Source: Takakia lepidozioides
Taxonomy: Eukaryota > Plantae > Bryophyta
Assembly (NCBI GenBank): GCA_030704615.1
Contig: CM060731.1
Coordinates: forward strand, 81,468,001 to 81,532,000
DNA: 64,000 nucleotides
Reading direction: 5' to 3'
Each line of letters starts with the position of its first letter. Position 1 is the first letter of the stretch. Under the pieces are notes generated by a model. The model saw only the letters and a list, made by a program, of their open reading frames with translations, did not search any database and was not told the DNA's origin. A program made the translations under genes and the position numbers. Of the stretch, positions 1 to 12,202 are shown piece by piece.

Positions 1-300
1 TCAAAAAAAATAAAAGACGTGGCTCAGGCAGGGTGGCGGGCCTGGCGTCGCAGCTTGCGACCCCCATACCAAAAAAAACACGTCGCAGGGGGTGTTGGGC
101 GTTGCCGCCCGCAAATGGGACCCCCGCCCAAAAAGCACTTCATCAATGGCGACGTCCTGTAGTCGCGAGGGCAGCCTGGTTGGGGGGGGGGGGGGGTTGG
201 GGGGTTGATTTTGGTGGTGAATTGGGGGGGGGTTTTTTTTTTGTCTGGTTTTGTTTTTGGGGATGGGAGACCTTACAGCTTCCATTTTCTTGATTTAGCA
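1..300. mobile_element. Subterminal region of a CACTA/CMC-like DNA transposon (terminus lies outside the window)
   Basis: GCGAC/GTCGC-rich text with G and A runs that resembles 3919-4260 (e.g. aaaaaaacacgtc, tgcgaccccc). Confidence 0.45.
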
Positions 301-479
301 GGTACACAATTGAGCAAGCATGAATCGAGGGTGAGGACGGTGCGACACATGAATAAGATGGAAGATGGAAAGATGGAAATATATTTACAGGAAATGAGCT
401 GAAAAGCTCACAAAGGTTCAGTAGGCTGACCCTGGGACCTACATGGACTAGGACTATTCATCCTCATCCTCATCCTTTG

Positions 480-719
480 TGGAGGACTCAGAGCTATCCG
501 ACGAGCCTGATGACTTCGCGGCCTTTGCCAGAGCACCTAAATGAGGCGGCGTTCAACCTTACGCGACGTAAGGTGCTTCCCTCTCCTCGAAAAGAGAGGG
601 GAAAATCCCCAAAAATCCTGCCTTGTAAGGCGCCATCCTCTCTAACTAAAAAATCATGGCCGGGTCTTTACGCTAGCCTGATAGCCTCGGTTAATGAGGC
701 GTATTTTTTATGCTTTGTG
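480..719 (-). mobile_element. Transposon end with a CAC-type terminus (reverse complement CACAAAGCATAAAAAATACGCC)
   Basis: Repeated AGGCG/AATGAGGCG motifs that end abruptly at ...tttttatgctttgtg (719). Confidence 0.35.
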
Positions 720-1397
720 TTGAGGGCTTGTGCTGGTATTGGGGGGTCATGGTATTGTGGCTGGTATGAAAAAACTGATACCAGTCTGGTCATGGTATAT
801 GACCAAGTATTCTCCCAAATTATACCAGACTGGTGTGGTATCTAATACCAGTGCATATACCTGTGCACATACTAGGCAATATCCTATATACCGGTACAGC
901 ACTGGTTGAGACCTGAGGGTGATCCTACTAGCATGTGATGGAATGTCATTTGGCTAGGAATTAAGCAAACTGATCAGTCAGTCAGTCAGCTGAATTAGTT
1001 TGAATGGCTTGCTTCTCTTCCCTCCCTGCTTTGTCCTTTCCCATTTTGGGGTTTTTCTCTCCTATGTTCAAATACCTCATGTTTCCTGTGAATTTATTTT
1101 AGTTATGGGATAGTAGCTTCTCTATTTTAAGCCTTCACCCCCTGAAAAGGGGCATTACGCTAGCTTCGGCTGGCGTCGTATATATATATATGCATGCCCA
1201 ACATATCATGAATCATGTACAAGTGCCTAAACAATTGTCGATGTCTACTACGATGATTTTTGTCTCAATGAGTGCATCCCACGATACCTATGCACCCCCC
1301 CCCCCCCCCCCCTCCCCAACAATTAGTGAATTACACACATACGTTGCATCGAATCCACCTCATTAATGCGCATGCGACAAATGGAAGGTGAAATGAT

Positions 1398-2900
1398 TCA
1401 GGATTTGCCAACCTGTATAATTCCATAAGGTGGTTTGGGTATGGCCCTCTTTTCCATTGCCCTCCGAATGATCTGTCTGGCACGGTACCTCATGTCCTTC
1501 AGGTTTCGCCCCACCATCTCCATCACCCTTGTGTCACTCCAATTGCCCGAAAACCGGCAGTCTAACTCGCAATGAGGTGGTTCACCTCCACCGGTGGCAC
1601 CACGATCTTTGCCAAATCCACGTCCTGTATCGCCAAGGCCATGTTCTTCTTCCCACCCTCTCCCTTCTTTGTAGTCTCTTTCCCCTGATCCTTTGTTACC
1701 CCATTGCCCTCCCCCGCATGCACACTTATCCCTTCCTCTCCATGGGACTTCTTCTTCTTCTTCTTTTCCTTCCCCTTCTCCACGACCATCTCCATCCCCT
1801 TCCCCGCTACTCCCTCTCTCTCCTTCTCCCTCTCCTTTCTCTCTCTCTCTCTCCTCGGCAGCCCCTTCATTGATGGTAAAAGGGATCTCGGGAGGTCGAG
1901 GCCTCTTCTTCTTACCTTTGGTGTTCGGGTCCTTCATGAATACCACGTGCTCTCCCTCATTGGCAACCCCACCGGACTGCACCAATGAGGCCAGCCATGT
2001 TGGTGCCTCGTGAAGACAAATAACCCCTCCAAATTCAAAAAAGAAACAAACAAAGAAAATCATGCATGCAAAGGAAAGGATAAAACATGGAACAAGGTGC
2101 GACAATTGTACCTTTGCAAGCTTGTCCGACTCGCCCCCGGTGTCACCCGATGTGGCAGGAGTCCCCGTTGCCGGATGTGCCCGCGCTATCCCCTCTCGGA
2201 GCGCCACTGGAAGTAGATTCCAGATGTGGAGCATAGTCGGTGGCGGCGCCCCGTAGTCCAGGCCCTTCTTTGCTGACCGCTCAGGCTTAGGGGGCGACGT
2301 CGCTGATCGGCTAGGCCGCTCCAAACTGGCCCATACCTCCTCCTCCCCCCCCCCCCCCCCCCCCAAATGCGTATCAGGGTAGAAGCCCTCACTCGGCTTG
2401 ACTTCTTCGAGGCGCTTCGCTATCTTGGCCACTTCATTGGCCCTCCTCGTCTCCTCCCCCTCATCAACAACATTGGGCTAGCAATGGAGGCTTTCAAAGG
2501 CCCTTGAACCTGACGTTGGGCCTTGGCAAGTGCAGCCTTTGCTGTGGAGGAAGGGGTCGTTATGGGGGTGACCGGGCCCCCGAACGGGTGATGTGCTTGC
2601 CAAGGTACATTTCACCCGTCTTGGTGGCCGGGGGTGTGCTCAACTGAGCATCCGGCTCAGCAACAACCTCCCGAATAGGAGAGCTGGCTGACCCGGCCCC
2701 TGGCGCATCCAAGATGTGGACAAGAGGGGGGCAGACGAGCCCTCCGGCTGCGGCTGTCGACGGGGTGGTTAACCGTGAGATGCCTGGCGCGTCACACGTG
2801 CCGGCAGAGCAAACGGATTGTCCGCCCCTTTCTTTGGGGCAGGGGACTTCTTCTCTTTCCCCATAAGCTGGCACCTGTATGCAAACCCACAAGTTGGCCT
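1398..2900 (-). pseudogene. CACTA-associated accessory ORF (TnpA-like), fragmented
   Basis: GNWSDTRVMEMVGRNLKDMRYRARQ...PYGI is clearly homologous to GEWNEGKLLELVGKNLKDKRYRARQ...PHGI at 13.9-14.35 kb, which lies just inside a CACTA end. The region also has acidic/Gly-rich linkers and intron-like segments. Confidence 0.5.
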
Positions 2901-3239
2901 CATTAGGAAACAACCTCTACATTCCAGATCAAAAACAAAAAAATCCAAGCATGTCGGGGGCTGAGAGCAGCAAGTGCTCGGGGTCTCGAGAGGGGGCAAC
3001 AAAGAGAAAAGAAAAAGGTGGGGGGGGGGGGGGGGGGGGTGTGACTGAGCACCACGAGCTCAGTCACGCCCCCACCCCCCCTCCATTTATTTATTTATAT
3101 TTCCTGATCTCTCCCTCTCTCTGTCCATCTTTGTCCCTCTCTCTCTCTCTCTCTCCCTCTCTTTTTTGCTGCTCACAAAAATAAACAAATCACAAAGGAG
3201 AGAGAGTGCAGAAAAAGTTAAAAAGATTGTACTCATAAG

Positions 3240-3900
3240 ATGTTGTTTGTCGTAGCCTTGTGGCCATTGACCCCGCGCCCAATTTGAGCGGAAACAAAAG
3301 GGACAGAACTTGCCTCTGTCAGGGGCTGACGTTGGTAGTAAGACTTACCTTCATATATAGAATTAATCCGAGTTTTCTAGATATCCTCTAGAAAATCCCT
3401 CCACACAAGCATCGATATGCTATCTGTGATTTGCCCAATAACTAGGCCTCATGAGGGCCTGGGCTTTTGGCTCAGCCTTGAGACTTTCAAAGTTGGTAAA
3501 CAGAGGTACAGGCACAATTCCCTTGATAGATTTGAAGAGAGCGTCTCTTTGGTGAGAGAACCCCGGACAGTGTATCAGAAAATGCCACAATTGCACTCTC
3601 CCTTTCCTCTCTGCTTCTGTTTGTTGTTCAAAGGTAGGCTTCCTGCCCTGAGTTTAAATTTCAGTCTAGTGCCGAGAGTGGGTAGACCCTTGAGGTCATC
3701 CAAGATGTCCACCCCCATGTCACTGACTGGAAACAAGTTCAGGGAAGTTTTCTGCCTAACTTCATTTTCATCAGAAAATCTCATGGCAACAGACATGGCT
3801 TTGGACACTACAGCCTCTAAGTCAGATTTATCAACCCATATTACCCTAAACCCCACTCTCTGAACTACCTCTCTCCCAAAGAACAAATGAAAACGGGAGG
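3240..3900 (-). mobile_element. 3' fragment of a non-LTR retrotransposon (LINE ORF2 C-terminal zinc-knuckle region)
   Basis: LGTRLKFKLRAGSLPLN, then after a frameshift WHFLIHCPGFSHQRDAL, matching the typical 'LR.G..PL...HFL..CP' C-terminus. Confidence 0.7.
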
Positions 3901-3918
3901 GAAAAGAGGTGCTTCAAG

Positions 3919-4320
3919 CACTTAGGGAAAAAAAAAGGCGCGACGCCTACGTGCGACGCCTGGCCGTCGCATGCCTGCGCCCCGCCTTTTTTTTGAAATC
4001 TAAAAATGGTATTTGCGACGGCGGGCCGTCGCTGCTTGGGACCCCCGGCCCCATAATAAAAAAAACACGTCACCTCCCGCGACGGCTTTCCGTCGCGGGG
4101 TGCGACCCCCAGGTAAATTTTTTAAAAAAAACGCGTCGCCAAATGCGACGCGAGGGTGTCGCAGGAGACGACGGCCGACCTTTCTGGGTTTAGGGTTTAG
4201 GGCCTTTTGGGTTTCTTAGTTTTTATTTTTTTATTTTTATTTTCATATGGTACTGGGTTAGGGGTGTTGCTTTCTTTATGGTGCTGGGTTTTGAATTGGC
4301 GGTTTTGGTTGTGGGTCTTG
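3919..4320 (+). mobile_element. Left end and subterminal repeats of a CACTA/CMC-like element (CACTTAGGGAAAAAAAAAGG)
   Basis: Abrupt CAC start after the LINE fragment, dense GCGACG/CGTCGC repeats in both orientations, and (TTTAGGG)2 at ~4189-4202. Confidence 0.55.
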
Positions 4321-4329
4321 GGGTTAAAA

Positions 4330-5800
4330 GGATAAATGGCGTAATTATGATTCACATACCCAAAATGTGGTTCAATCTGATAAGCGCAAAGCGCTAGGTC
4401 TCAACAAAATTTTCCATCGTGTGGGCATCCTGAAGATAGAACGTGAGGAAGGATTTATTGTCTTGGGCTCTCTAGCAGCATAAGGACATGTGCATCCCCT
4501 CACAGTATACCAACGTATGACCACAAAAGCTCTCATGCCCATCGCTTCGCTCGTCCCATACTACATTGGTTCTCCTAGGATGACCAAAAGATCTGTTGAC
4601 CAGCCCAGCAATATTGCCGAAGATGTCGGGATCACCATCACAAAATCTGATCTCAATGGGAGACAACCCCCATCTACGTACATCTTGTCCGTTGACACAC
4701 AAAATGTAGGGTAGGATATATGGAGCTTCGAGGCGTAATGTACGGAACTCCGCGGAGGTGTAGTATGGACCGTAGTAGGGAAACAAGTTCACCATGTTGT
4801 TTCTCCGAGGATGAACCACAATATCATTGACCGTGAATAAACCCCGACCCATATTGGTGGTGGAGGTGGAGATGGAGGTGATGGTGGTGGTGGAGGTGGA
4901 GACGGTACTGCTCGCGGAGGAGATGAAAGTGGAGGTGGTTTGAGGATGTAATGCCGGAGGTGCAGCCGGGGGTACAACGTCCAGATCAGGTACTACCGGA
5001 GATGGATCAGACAAAGAAACAACGGGGGGGGGGGGGGGAGGCCACAATCAGGGGGACCGCATGAGGAAACTGGAGGGGGGGGGGGGGGGGGGGGGGCGCT
5101 TGCTCGTCGCCGACCATAACGCCTACGACACCTACGATACCCCTTGACCTTACACATCTCATCTATGTGCTGCTGGGGGAACCAACTGGTCACATCGGGA
5201 CATGCTCTGGCACAAATTCTGCAAGTAGACCGACGCAAAATCCCTCTAGTGCAATGTGATTGCAAGCTTGGGCATCAAGTCGTGGCTGCAATATGCGTAG
5301 TGAACGATGCATCAATACTTATGTCGTAATTTTGATTCATGTATGCTTACCAATCATACTATATTATTAGATAAACCTAAATGTACCTTAAATGAATGTT
5401 AATGAGAGGGATGGGAAAAACACTCACCTTTGTCTCTTGTTCTTCTTGTAATGTTTTTCGACAATATGCAGTCGCCGCCTCGGTGGTCTAGTGCCGCCCG
5501 ACGGTATCCGTTCCCAACACTTAGTGCACCAACACTCAATCCTGTCGGGGGGGGGGGGGGGGGGGGGGTCAAAGGTGGACGTGGTTGGACGTGGTGGCCC
5601 ACGAGGGGGCAACCCGCGGCGCGCCCGACTCCATCCCGGAGTGTGCATTACCTGAAATTTGGCCCCGGTCCCTTCTACGATTGTGCCCGGCAGCCTGTAT
5701 TGGATCAGGTGCAATGGGTGGCTCCTCTCCACGAAAAACGGTCGCTCTAGGGCCACAATCGATATGTGGTACTATCTCCATATCCTCGAGGGAGACGGGT
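4330..5800 (-). pseudogene. Multi-exon SET-domain protein gene with Cys-rich N-terminus and Pro-rich linkers, inside a transposon
   Basis: MGRGLFT (4852) ... PYYGP ... PYIL ... CDGDPDIFGNIAGLVNRS ... TNVVW follows the SET motif order (GxGLF, YxG, RFINHS-like). GT..AG intron at ~4431-4510. Upstream exons carry ECWCTKC and CRIC..C. Frames shift at long G runs. Confidence 0.65.
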
Positions 5801-5984
5801 CAATGTTTCCTCACCATCGCATCCTAATTAACGCACACCACCGGCACTTTCATTTCTCAATAACCGTTGGCGAAAAAACCCTATGCCTCAGCCTCGGGGC
5901 TTTCAAAATTGGTAACCAAAGGTGGAGGAGTTAGGAGGATTCTTGCTGAGGGTGCAAGCCATTTCTGTGCCATTGTTGTGGGAT

Positions 5985-6262
5985 ACGATGGAGGAAATGT
6001 ATGGAGCTACCGAGGGGCCACGTCGGTACTCGGGAGCTGTGGGCACCATTGAGCTTGATGATTTCATACATGAGTTTGATAGTTGGTGTGATTTGCAGCA
6101 GATGCGCAATCCACAACTGTTTACGCCTTTTATGGCGTAGAAGGGGCTGTTTCAGCACCTTGAGGGGCCGCCTATGAATGACTACCATAAGTTTAGGCGG
6201 GGAAATGAGGTGGAGATTGAGGAGTGGCGACAATATTGGTCACCTGATTATATCTCCATCAA
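5985..6262 (+). mobile_element. Ty3/gypsy-type gag N-terminal fragment
   Basis: YSGAVGTIELDDFIHEFDSWCD...*KGLFQHLEGPP...EWRQYW resembles a retrotransposon gag; it contains an in-frame stop. Confidence 0.5.
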
Positions 6263-6609
6263 TGTGATGACATGTGCTAGTAGGACTATTAGGGCTGGCA
6301 GCGAACTATTTGCATCATAAGAGTTCTCCCGAGATGATTGGGACCTCCGATTACAGCGTGAGTGGGATGTGTATGATAGAAATAGGGTTCTTTTGAGACA
6401 GGGATCGTGTAGAGGGGCATTGTAGATATTCTCATGATGTACTTTGTATACATCCGATTAATCGATTGATGTAAATATTTTTCTTGTTGCTCGTGTGGGT
6501 TGCAACTTTGCATATGTGATCTAAACATACTTATGCACATGTGGACCAAATATAAGCTTGAACCAAGTTGATTCAATGGGTCATTCTAGTATTGAACGCA
6601 GCTACGTGT

Positions 6610-7038
6610 CGTACTGCACATGATTTTTTTTTTATTCCATTTTCAAGCCATATGCTTAATGATAGCATATGCAATGTGCGTGCAAAATTTGGGAATAAAC
6701 AAAAGTCATTTGGACCCATAACCAGATTTTGTTCTCTCATTTGCACTCCAAAGTTGTGTTATCTTCAATTTCATGCACTCTTCATAAAGAGTTTTGCAAA
6801 AGTAACCCTAGAAACACACTTATTTGTTTTCCATTTTTTTTTTGGTCCAATGTTTTGCATAGATGTAGTAGTGCAGAGCCCGATGTCACAAAACAAAATA
6901 GAGCTAAAAATAAAATCATTACGCCCCTCAAAACCGCAATAATATATTTTCTAAATGAAAATATTTATTTTAAATTCATTTAAATTCGATTTAATTCAAA
7001 ATTGGTGCAAGGGTGAGTGCGTCGTTGGGGAGGCAAAT

Positions 7039-7071
<33 letters not shown>

Positions 7072-7300
7072 TGCCGGATCTTTGTACAGGTGTTGCACAC
7101 ATATTTAAGCACATGTAAGGAAAAATGAAGCTTGAGCCACATCTGTTTGTTGGGTGCAATGGCATGAGAGGATTTTCTTTCACATTAATAAACAAAAATT
7201 GGTTGATAGGGTGAATGCGTCATTGGGGGGGGCAAATGATTTTGTTTGGGTTTGAAACTTTGCATGCGTGTACGTTGCGCATATACATGTAATTATTGAA
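6610..7300 (+). repeat. Conserved non-coding block shared with 60045-60455, plus degenerate copies of the ~120 bp unit found at 59270-59830
   Basis: catatgcaatgtgcgtgcaaaatttgggaataaacaaaagtcatttggaccc versus catatgcaacgtgcgtgccaaatttgggagcgaacaaaattcatttggaccc. The two stay co-linear to gggtgagtgcgtc / gggtgagcgcgtc. Confidence 0.85.
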
Positions 7301-7486
7301 TGACATATTTGATGCACGCACACATTGAAGGTTGTTGTTTGCATTTCGCTTATAATGAGTTGTATGGTTGCAAGGACACATTATAATATATGTCCCTATG
7401 TTCATTTGTTCGTATCAGGACTTTGTTCATCCCTTCCCGGTCTTTTCTCTTGGCACCCCATCTGGAAACAACCCAAGTACATCAGG

Positions 7487-8115
7487 CGGGAGCCGTGGGC
7501 GTGACGCCTGCCCCCACGGTACCGGACGATGATGACGATGATAGTGACAGTGACAGTGACAACAACAATGAGCATGGAATTAACCAGGAGGATGTGCAAG
7601 CCATGGAGGATCTCTTAATGCATCATGTGGGCGCTGATGCATCCCATGAAGAGGGAACCCGGCCAATCGATGATCCTGAAATGGCCCCCTCAAATGACAT
7701 GGAGAGGGAGGCGAAAACTCCCTTGTACGAAGGGACGAAAGTGAGTCGACTTTCAACAATTTTACTTTTGCTCAATCTTCAAATTCGATTTGGCATAAGT
7801 AATGTTGGGATGTCTGGCCTAATGCGAACTATTGCACACTATATCCTTGCTCCACACTTGAAACCCAACATGCCACGGTCACGGAAAGAGGCCCGCGAAG
7901 TCTTGGACTCTGTAGGGATGGGTTATAAGATTTTTCATGCATGTCCATGTGATAAAACCCTATACTACGGAGAGGATTCGCGTCTCACCAAGTGCCCAAA
8001 GTGCAAGAAAGACCGATATCGGGATGATGTCCAAGGGAAAAAAGTATCACGCAAGATATAAGCGTCATTCCCCCTCGCATAGAGATTACTTTCTTTAATC
8101 TTCTCAATGCATGTA
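7487..8115 (+). pseudogene. CACTA/EnSpm TnpD transposase, N-terminal part (truncated)
   Basis: EAKTPLYEG..SRLS.ILLLLNLQ..FG.SN...P.S..EA..L..VG.GY..HACPCD..LYYGE....CPKC...RY is the hallmark region upstream of the Transposase_21 domain. It stops at 8061 and is then interrupted. Confidence 0.9.
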
Positions 8116-8266
8116 AAGTGTATTCCACAAAGTTTAGGGTTTAGAGAGTAGTACTCATGCAAGATCTGATTGTGGTTTTGGAAGGAGTGAGTGAGGAGTG
8201 GAAGGAGCGACGTTCGGTTTTGACCATTCACGCCCAAATGAGGGAGAGGCTGCAAAAAGGGAAAGA

Positions 8267-8980
8267 CAACCTTGCGTTAACGCAAGGTTGATTTCATGTA
8301 CACTATAAATGGAAAACATTGCAGGAAAAAAACCCTCTGAGGATCTGTTCATATGGAGTTTCAACCTTACGTTGACGCAAGGTTGATTACCTCTGCCAAA
8401 AACACCCGTCGATGGTATTTGCGGACATTAACTACCCTACAATATTATGGAAATTTTGCAATTTCTGTGGGCCTTATCTTGCAATCCAGACCGTCAAACA
8501 ACCTTGCGTCAACGCAAGGTTGTTTGGTGGTAAAGTATAAGCCCTCAAAACCGTCTCACTACAGACAAACTTCATTTTCAACCTGGAAGAAACGGAACCG
8601 GAAACGATAGTGAACAAATTCGCAAGCCAAAGAATTCAGGAAAATAGACTCACCCATGCAAAATCCATGGCCCTCAATCACCCTTGCGTTGACGCAAGGT
8701 TGATTTGTCTTACGGTTTGTGCCCATGCCATAATGCAGAAAACGATACTACAGGAGACCACACGTACAGCTACATGAAGCCAAAACCACACATGCATGAA
8801 GATCAAGACATGCCCATTGCAGTCGTGAGACAAGCTTGCGTTGACGCAATGTTGTTTGGCTATACTTCCAGAGCCCTCAAAACTCCCTCATGACCTGCAA
8901 ATCCGTAGTTCTCCAAAGAAGAAATGAAACGAGAATAGTGAAGGGCAAGCAGCGACCAACGTTGCGTTGACGCAACCTTC
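8267..8980. repeat. Array of six 24 bp palindromes CAACCTTGCGTYRACGCAAGGTTG with variable spacers
   Basis: Copies start at 8267 (perfect palindrome), 8362, 8499, 8679, 8831 and 8957. Three more copies start at 60467, 60625 and 60693. Confidence 0.9.
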
Positions 8981-9040
8981 AAACACACACATCTAGCAAC
9001 ACACCAGTTTCAAGGAGGCCAAACCTGTACAACACTCGTT

Positions 9041-10480
9041 TCATTGCCTGCTCGCTATTGTACTGGTTTTTGAATTCGCAGGATCTGGAGATTCCTTTGT
9101 CCCTCTCAAACTTCCTGAAGAAGCAGTTGTTCCAGACAACAAGCTTCCCTCCTGATATACGCCTTCAGTGTGATCCGGGGTTGAGCCATCTGGATTTTGT
9201 AGTCTGCCATTGACTCCCCAAGTGCTACCACCGCTCGTTTTTCCAGCTGCAGCAAGAAAGATCATAAAAATTTGAGAGAGAACACGAATGTGAAAAATCA
9301 TTTCAAAATGGTTTTGCAAATGCCTTACCAGGCTCCAAAAGGTTGCTTTCTGCAGCCACTAGTTGAATGTGTGGTCGCTCACAACTTTGATTGCTTGTGT
9401 TTTCGAGTCCCTCTCTAGAGTTGGGAACATGTTGGTGTCCCTCACAAGTGGATCCAAATTCCAGATCTCCAACCACCTGATTTTGGTTGCATTGTCCACC
9501 ATTGATATAGAGAGGCGATGCAGTTTCTCTTGGGTCATTTCTGGCTTGGAGCCATACTTGTCATAGTGTACTTTCACTTGCTCCAGAAATTTCGTGCCTA
9601 GATTTGGATTTGCTATGCGGATTTGTTTGTCGAACGCACTCATGAGGTTCTTCCTTTGATTGTTCATCTCAAATCTCATTATGTCTTCAACCCAGTTGCA
9701 GACCTCTCCTCTTCTGTGTGGGTTGCATAGTATTATGCTTTCGCCTTCAAGCCAGTCTCTGCTATTTCTTGCTGCATATATTGACAATGGAAAACATCAA
9801 ACATTGAGGTTTCCTTGGAAAATTCACACTGAAAACAAACAGATGTCAAGATGCTTACCGTGTACATGTAGTCAAGAAAAGCCTCCCTTGTCAAGCTGTA
9901 CCATGTGCTTGTCTTATTTTCAGCACACATCTTCATCTGCTGAGGACTGAGCACGTTTGCAAACGACTCCAGTGGCATCAACCCTATCTTCTGGACATGA
10001 AAAAGAGTGTGGCAGAGATTTGTCGTCATATGGGATAGATGCCCTAGTGCAAAGTGAAATGAAACTGCTCATCCAGCTAGCCGTGCATCGGCAGTGATGT
10101 TCCAGTGTGGGCGCTTCGATCATGTTATTAGATGCTATCCCCAGACGTACGGCAGGTTGCTCCAGTGCTGGCACACTTTGTTGGACACTGTTCCCGTACT
10201 CTTCTCTGCTTTACGAATGGCTCTCACAGGAGAGTTGGTAAAATTCTACTGTCCTTACAAATCGCTCCCCCTCACCAAAGTGCCAGACGCCAATGGGATG
10301 GCAACCGTGGGAGAGGATGTCATCTGTAGAAGCTTGGATCTGCAAGTTGGAACTGTGCATGTGGAGAAAGAAGTGCACGACTCCGTCGATAGGATCGACA
10401 GTATGATGATTCTGGAGCCATTCGTGTGCGATGACCGTATTAGACAATGGAGAGTTCCAGCAGGCTCTTACCACGTGCAC
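9041..10480 (-). pseudogene. Unknown spliced transposon-cargo gene, divergent from the Mutator-like transposase
   Basis: Chained minus-strand ORFs (10211-10660, 9920-10174, 9733-10029, 9359-9787, 9041-9319) with plausible GTAAG donors at ~9878 and ~9328. No family recognised. Confidence 0.4.
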
Positions 10481-12202
10481 GGGGATCAGCGACGTTTGTC
10501 TGCAGGTTCTACACTCACACCAGGAACTGCTGCTTCGGTGGTTCCGGCCTTCACACCTGCTACAATAAAAAAAAGGACACCAGCACATCGACGGCTTTTG
10601 TTGATCTCTCGGAAAGCTCCGGTGACGACGACATCTCTGAGATTCCACCACCTCCAACACATCTATCTTCTGTCGAAGAACTAGATTTGCAGGAGATAGG
10701 CAGTGTCATTCCAAAGTTGTAGTCTATGAAAGGCTTGCCAAACTGCAGAAGTGACGTGCGTGGAATTGCATGGGGGACAATAAATATTGTAAGAGCAAAA
10801 TACCTTCCCGCAGAATTTGATGGAGATGTGGTTTTTGAGCTGCCACCTCCGACGTCCTGTGGAGGTCTGGGGGGACTCATGCAAGGGATGGACAAGAAGC
10901 ACGATGGACACCCTTGGTGTCGAACTAAGACAACCAACATACATAACCCTCATGGCTTGTCTTTCCGTAGATCAATCTGCGTTGGGCACCTACGTTGTGG
11001 AAATGAAGCGTGCAACTGTCTGGCATTGAGAGGCTCCCCAAACGAGACAAAGTGGGAGGGTTGTGCGGATAACCCATTTGAGGTTGGGTGCCCACCTCCT
11101 AAAAACACGACGTTGCTCTGCAAATATTGCAAAACGGCTCCAACATGCATTGGCACATGCAAGGCCCGCATGTACTATGTGCTCCATCGTTTTCACGGCC
11201 TTACCTGAGCTTATGTTCATCTCGGCAATCATACGCACCCTGTATCGAAAGGGGATTGTCGAGAGAGTCTTGAAACAATTCGGGGACTTCTATGGCACGA
11301 GGTGGAGAATGCTCCTTATACACCGCCATCTGCAATTGCACGTTCTGCAAGCAAGAGCTTCTTGTAAAAACACATTCTAGGAGGAGCGGAAGAGAACATT
11401 GAGAAACTTGACAGCAAAAAATTGGACGTCATTATGGACTATTTCTCGACACTTAGCTCACCCAATGTATGCGATCAGATCAACGCACTCAGATGGGGAC
11501 AGGGAGCACATATTATGTGGATAACATCCTGGAATTGAAGCGCAGAAGCATGTACGACTTCATTCAAGATAATGTCTTTCTTGGTCAGGGGTCAAAATGT
11601 CCACAGTTGCGGAGGGAAGTGGAGTTAGCTTGGTCCGCAAAATGCAGCCCAGTGGCGATCTCCAGAAATCTTGGCTCATGTTTGATCATGTGAAACGTGT
11701 GAAGGGCTGGACAACCATGGCTGCCCATGTGTACGATCCTTCTTACCAAAGAGTTATGACAATTGCAGTGTGTGACATGCAATCCGAAGACACTGAATCT
11801 CAAATCCTGATGTGGAAGTCCCTTGTGAGAGTCATTAGGAATCATGGTGTCTCAGATCCAAATTTTCATGGATTTATGGCCGATAGCGCGCAGGCAAATT
11901 GGAATGCAGTCCGGTCTGTTTTTGGAAGTGGTGATCCGAAAATACCCATGGTGGGCAGGGAGCGCACTTGCATATTCCATTGGACTCAGTCCCTCCGAAG
12001 GCACACCAAGAATTGCATAAAACCAGAGTTGCAGGAGGAACACATGAGACTGTGCCGGCTGTATAAAGATGCGACAAGCGAGATCGAAGCAAACTCCTTA
12101 TACCAAACTATAAGGGCATGGTGGTACTCATTTGATGCAGAAAATCAGGATGGCCTCAAAGAACTTGACGACTGGATGGGATACTTTAGATACAAATAGT
12201 GG

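Noticed and set aside
722-904. hAT-type MITE (TGGTA/TACCA repeats, CAGTGCTGTACCGG-like end)
   Set aside because: The left TIR and an 8 bp TSD could not be established.
4189-4202. Interstitial telomere
   Set aside because: Only two TTTAGGG units, within a TE subterminal region.
8267-8980. CRISPR array
   Set aside because: Spacers are long and irregular (~70-155 bp) and partly similar to each other; there are no cas genes and the context is a eukaryotic TE.
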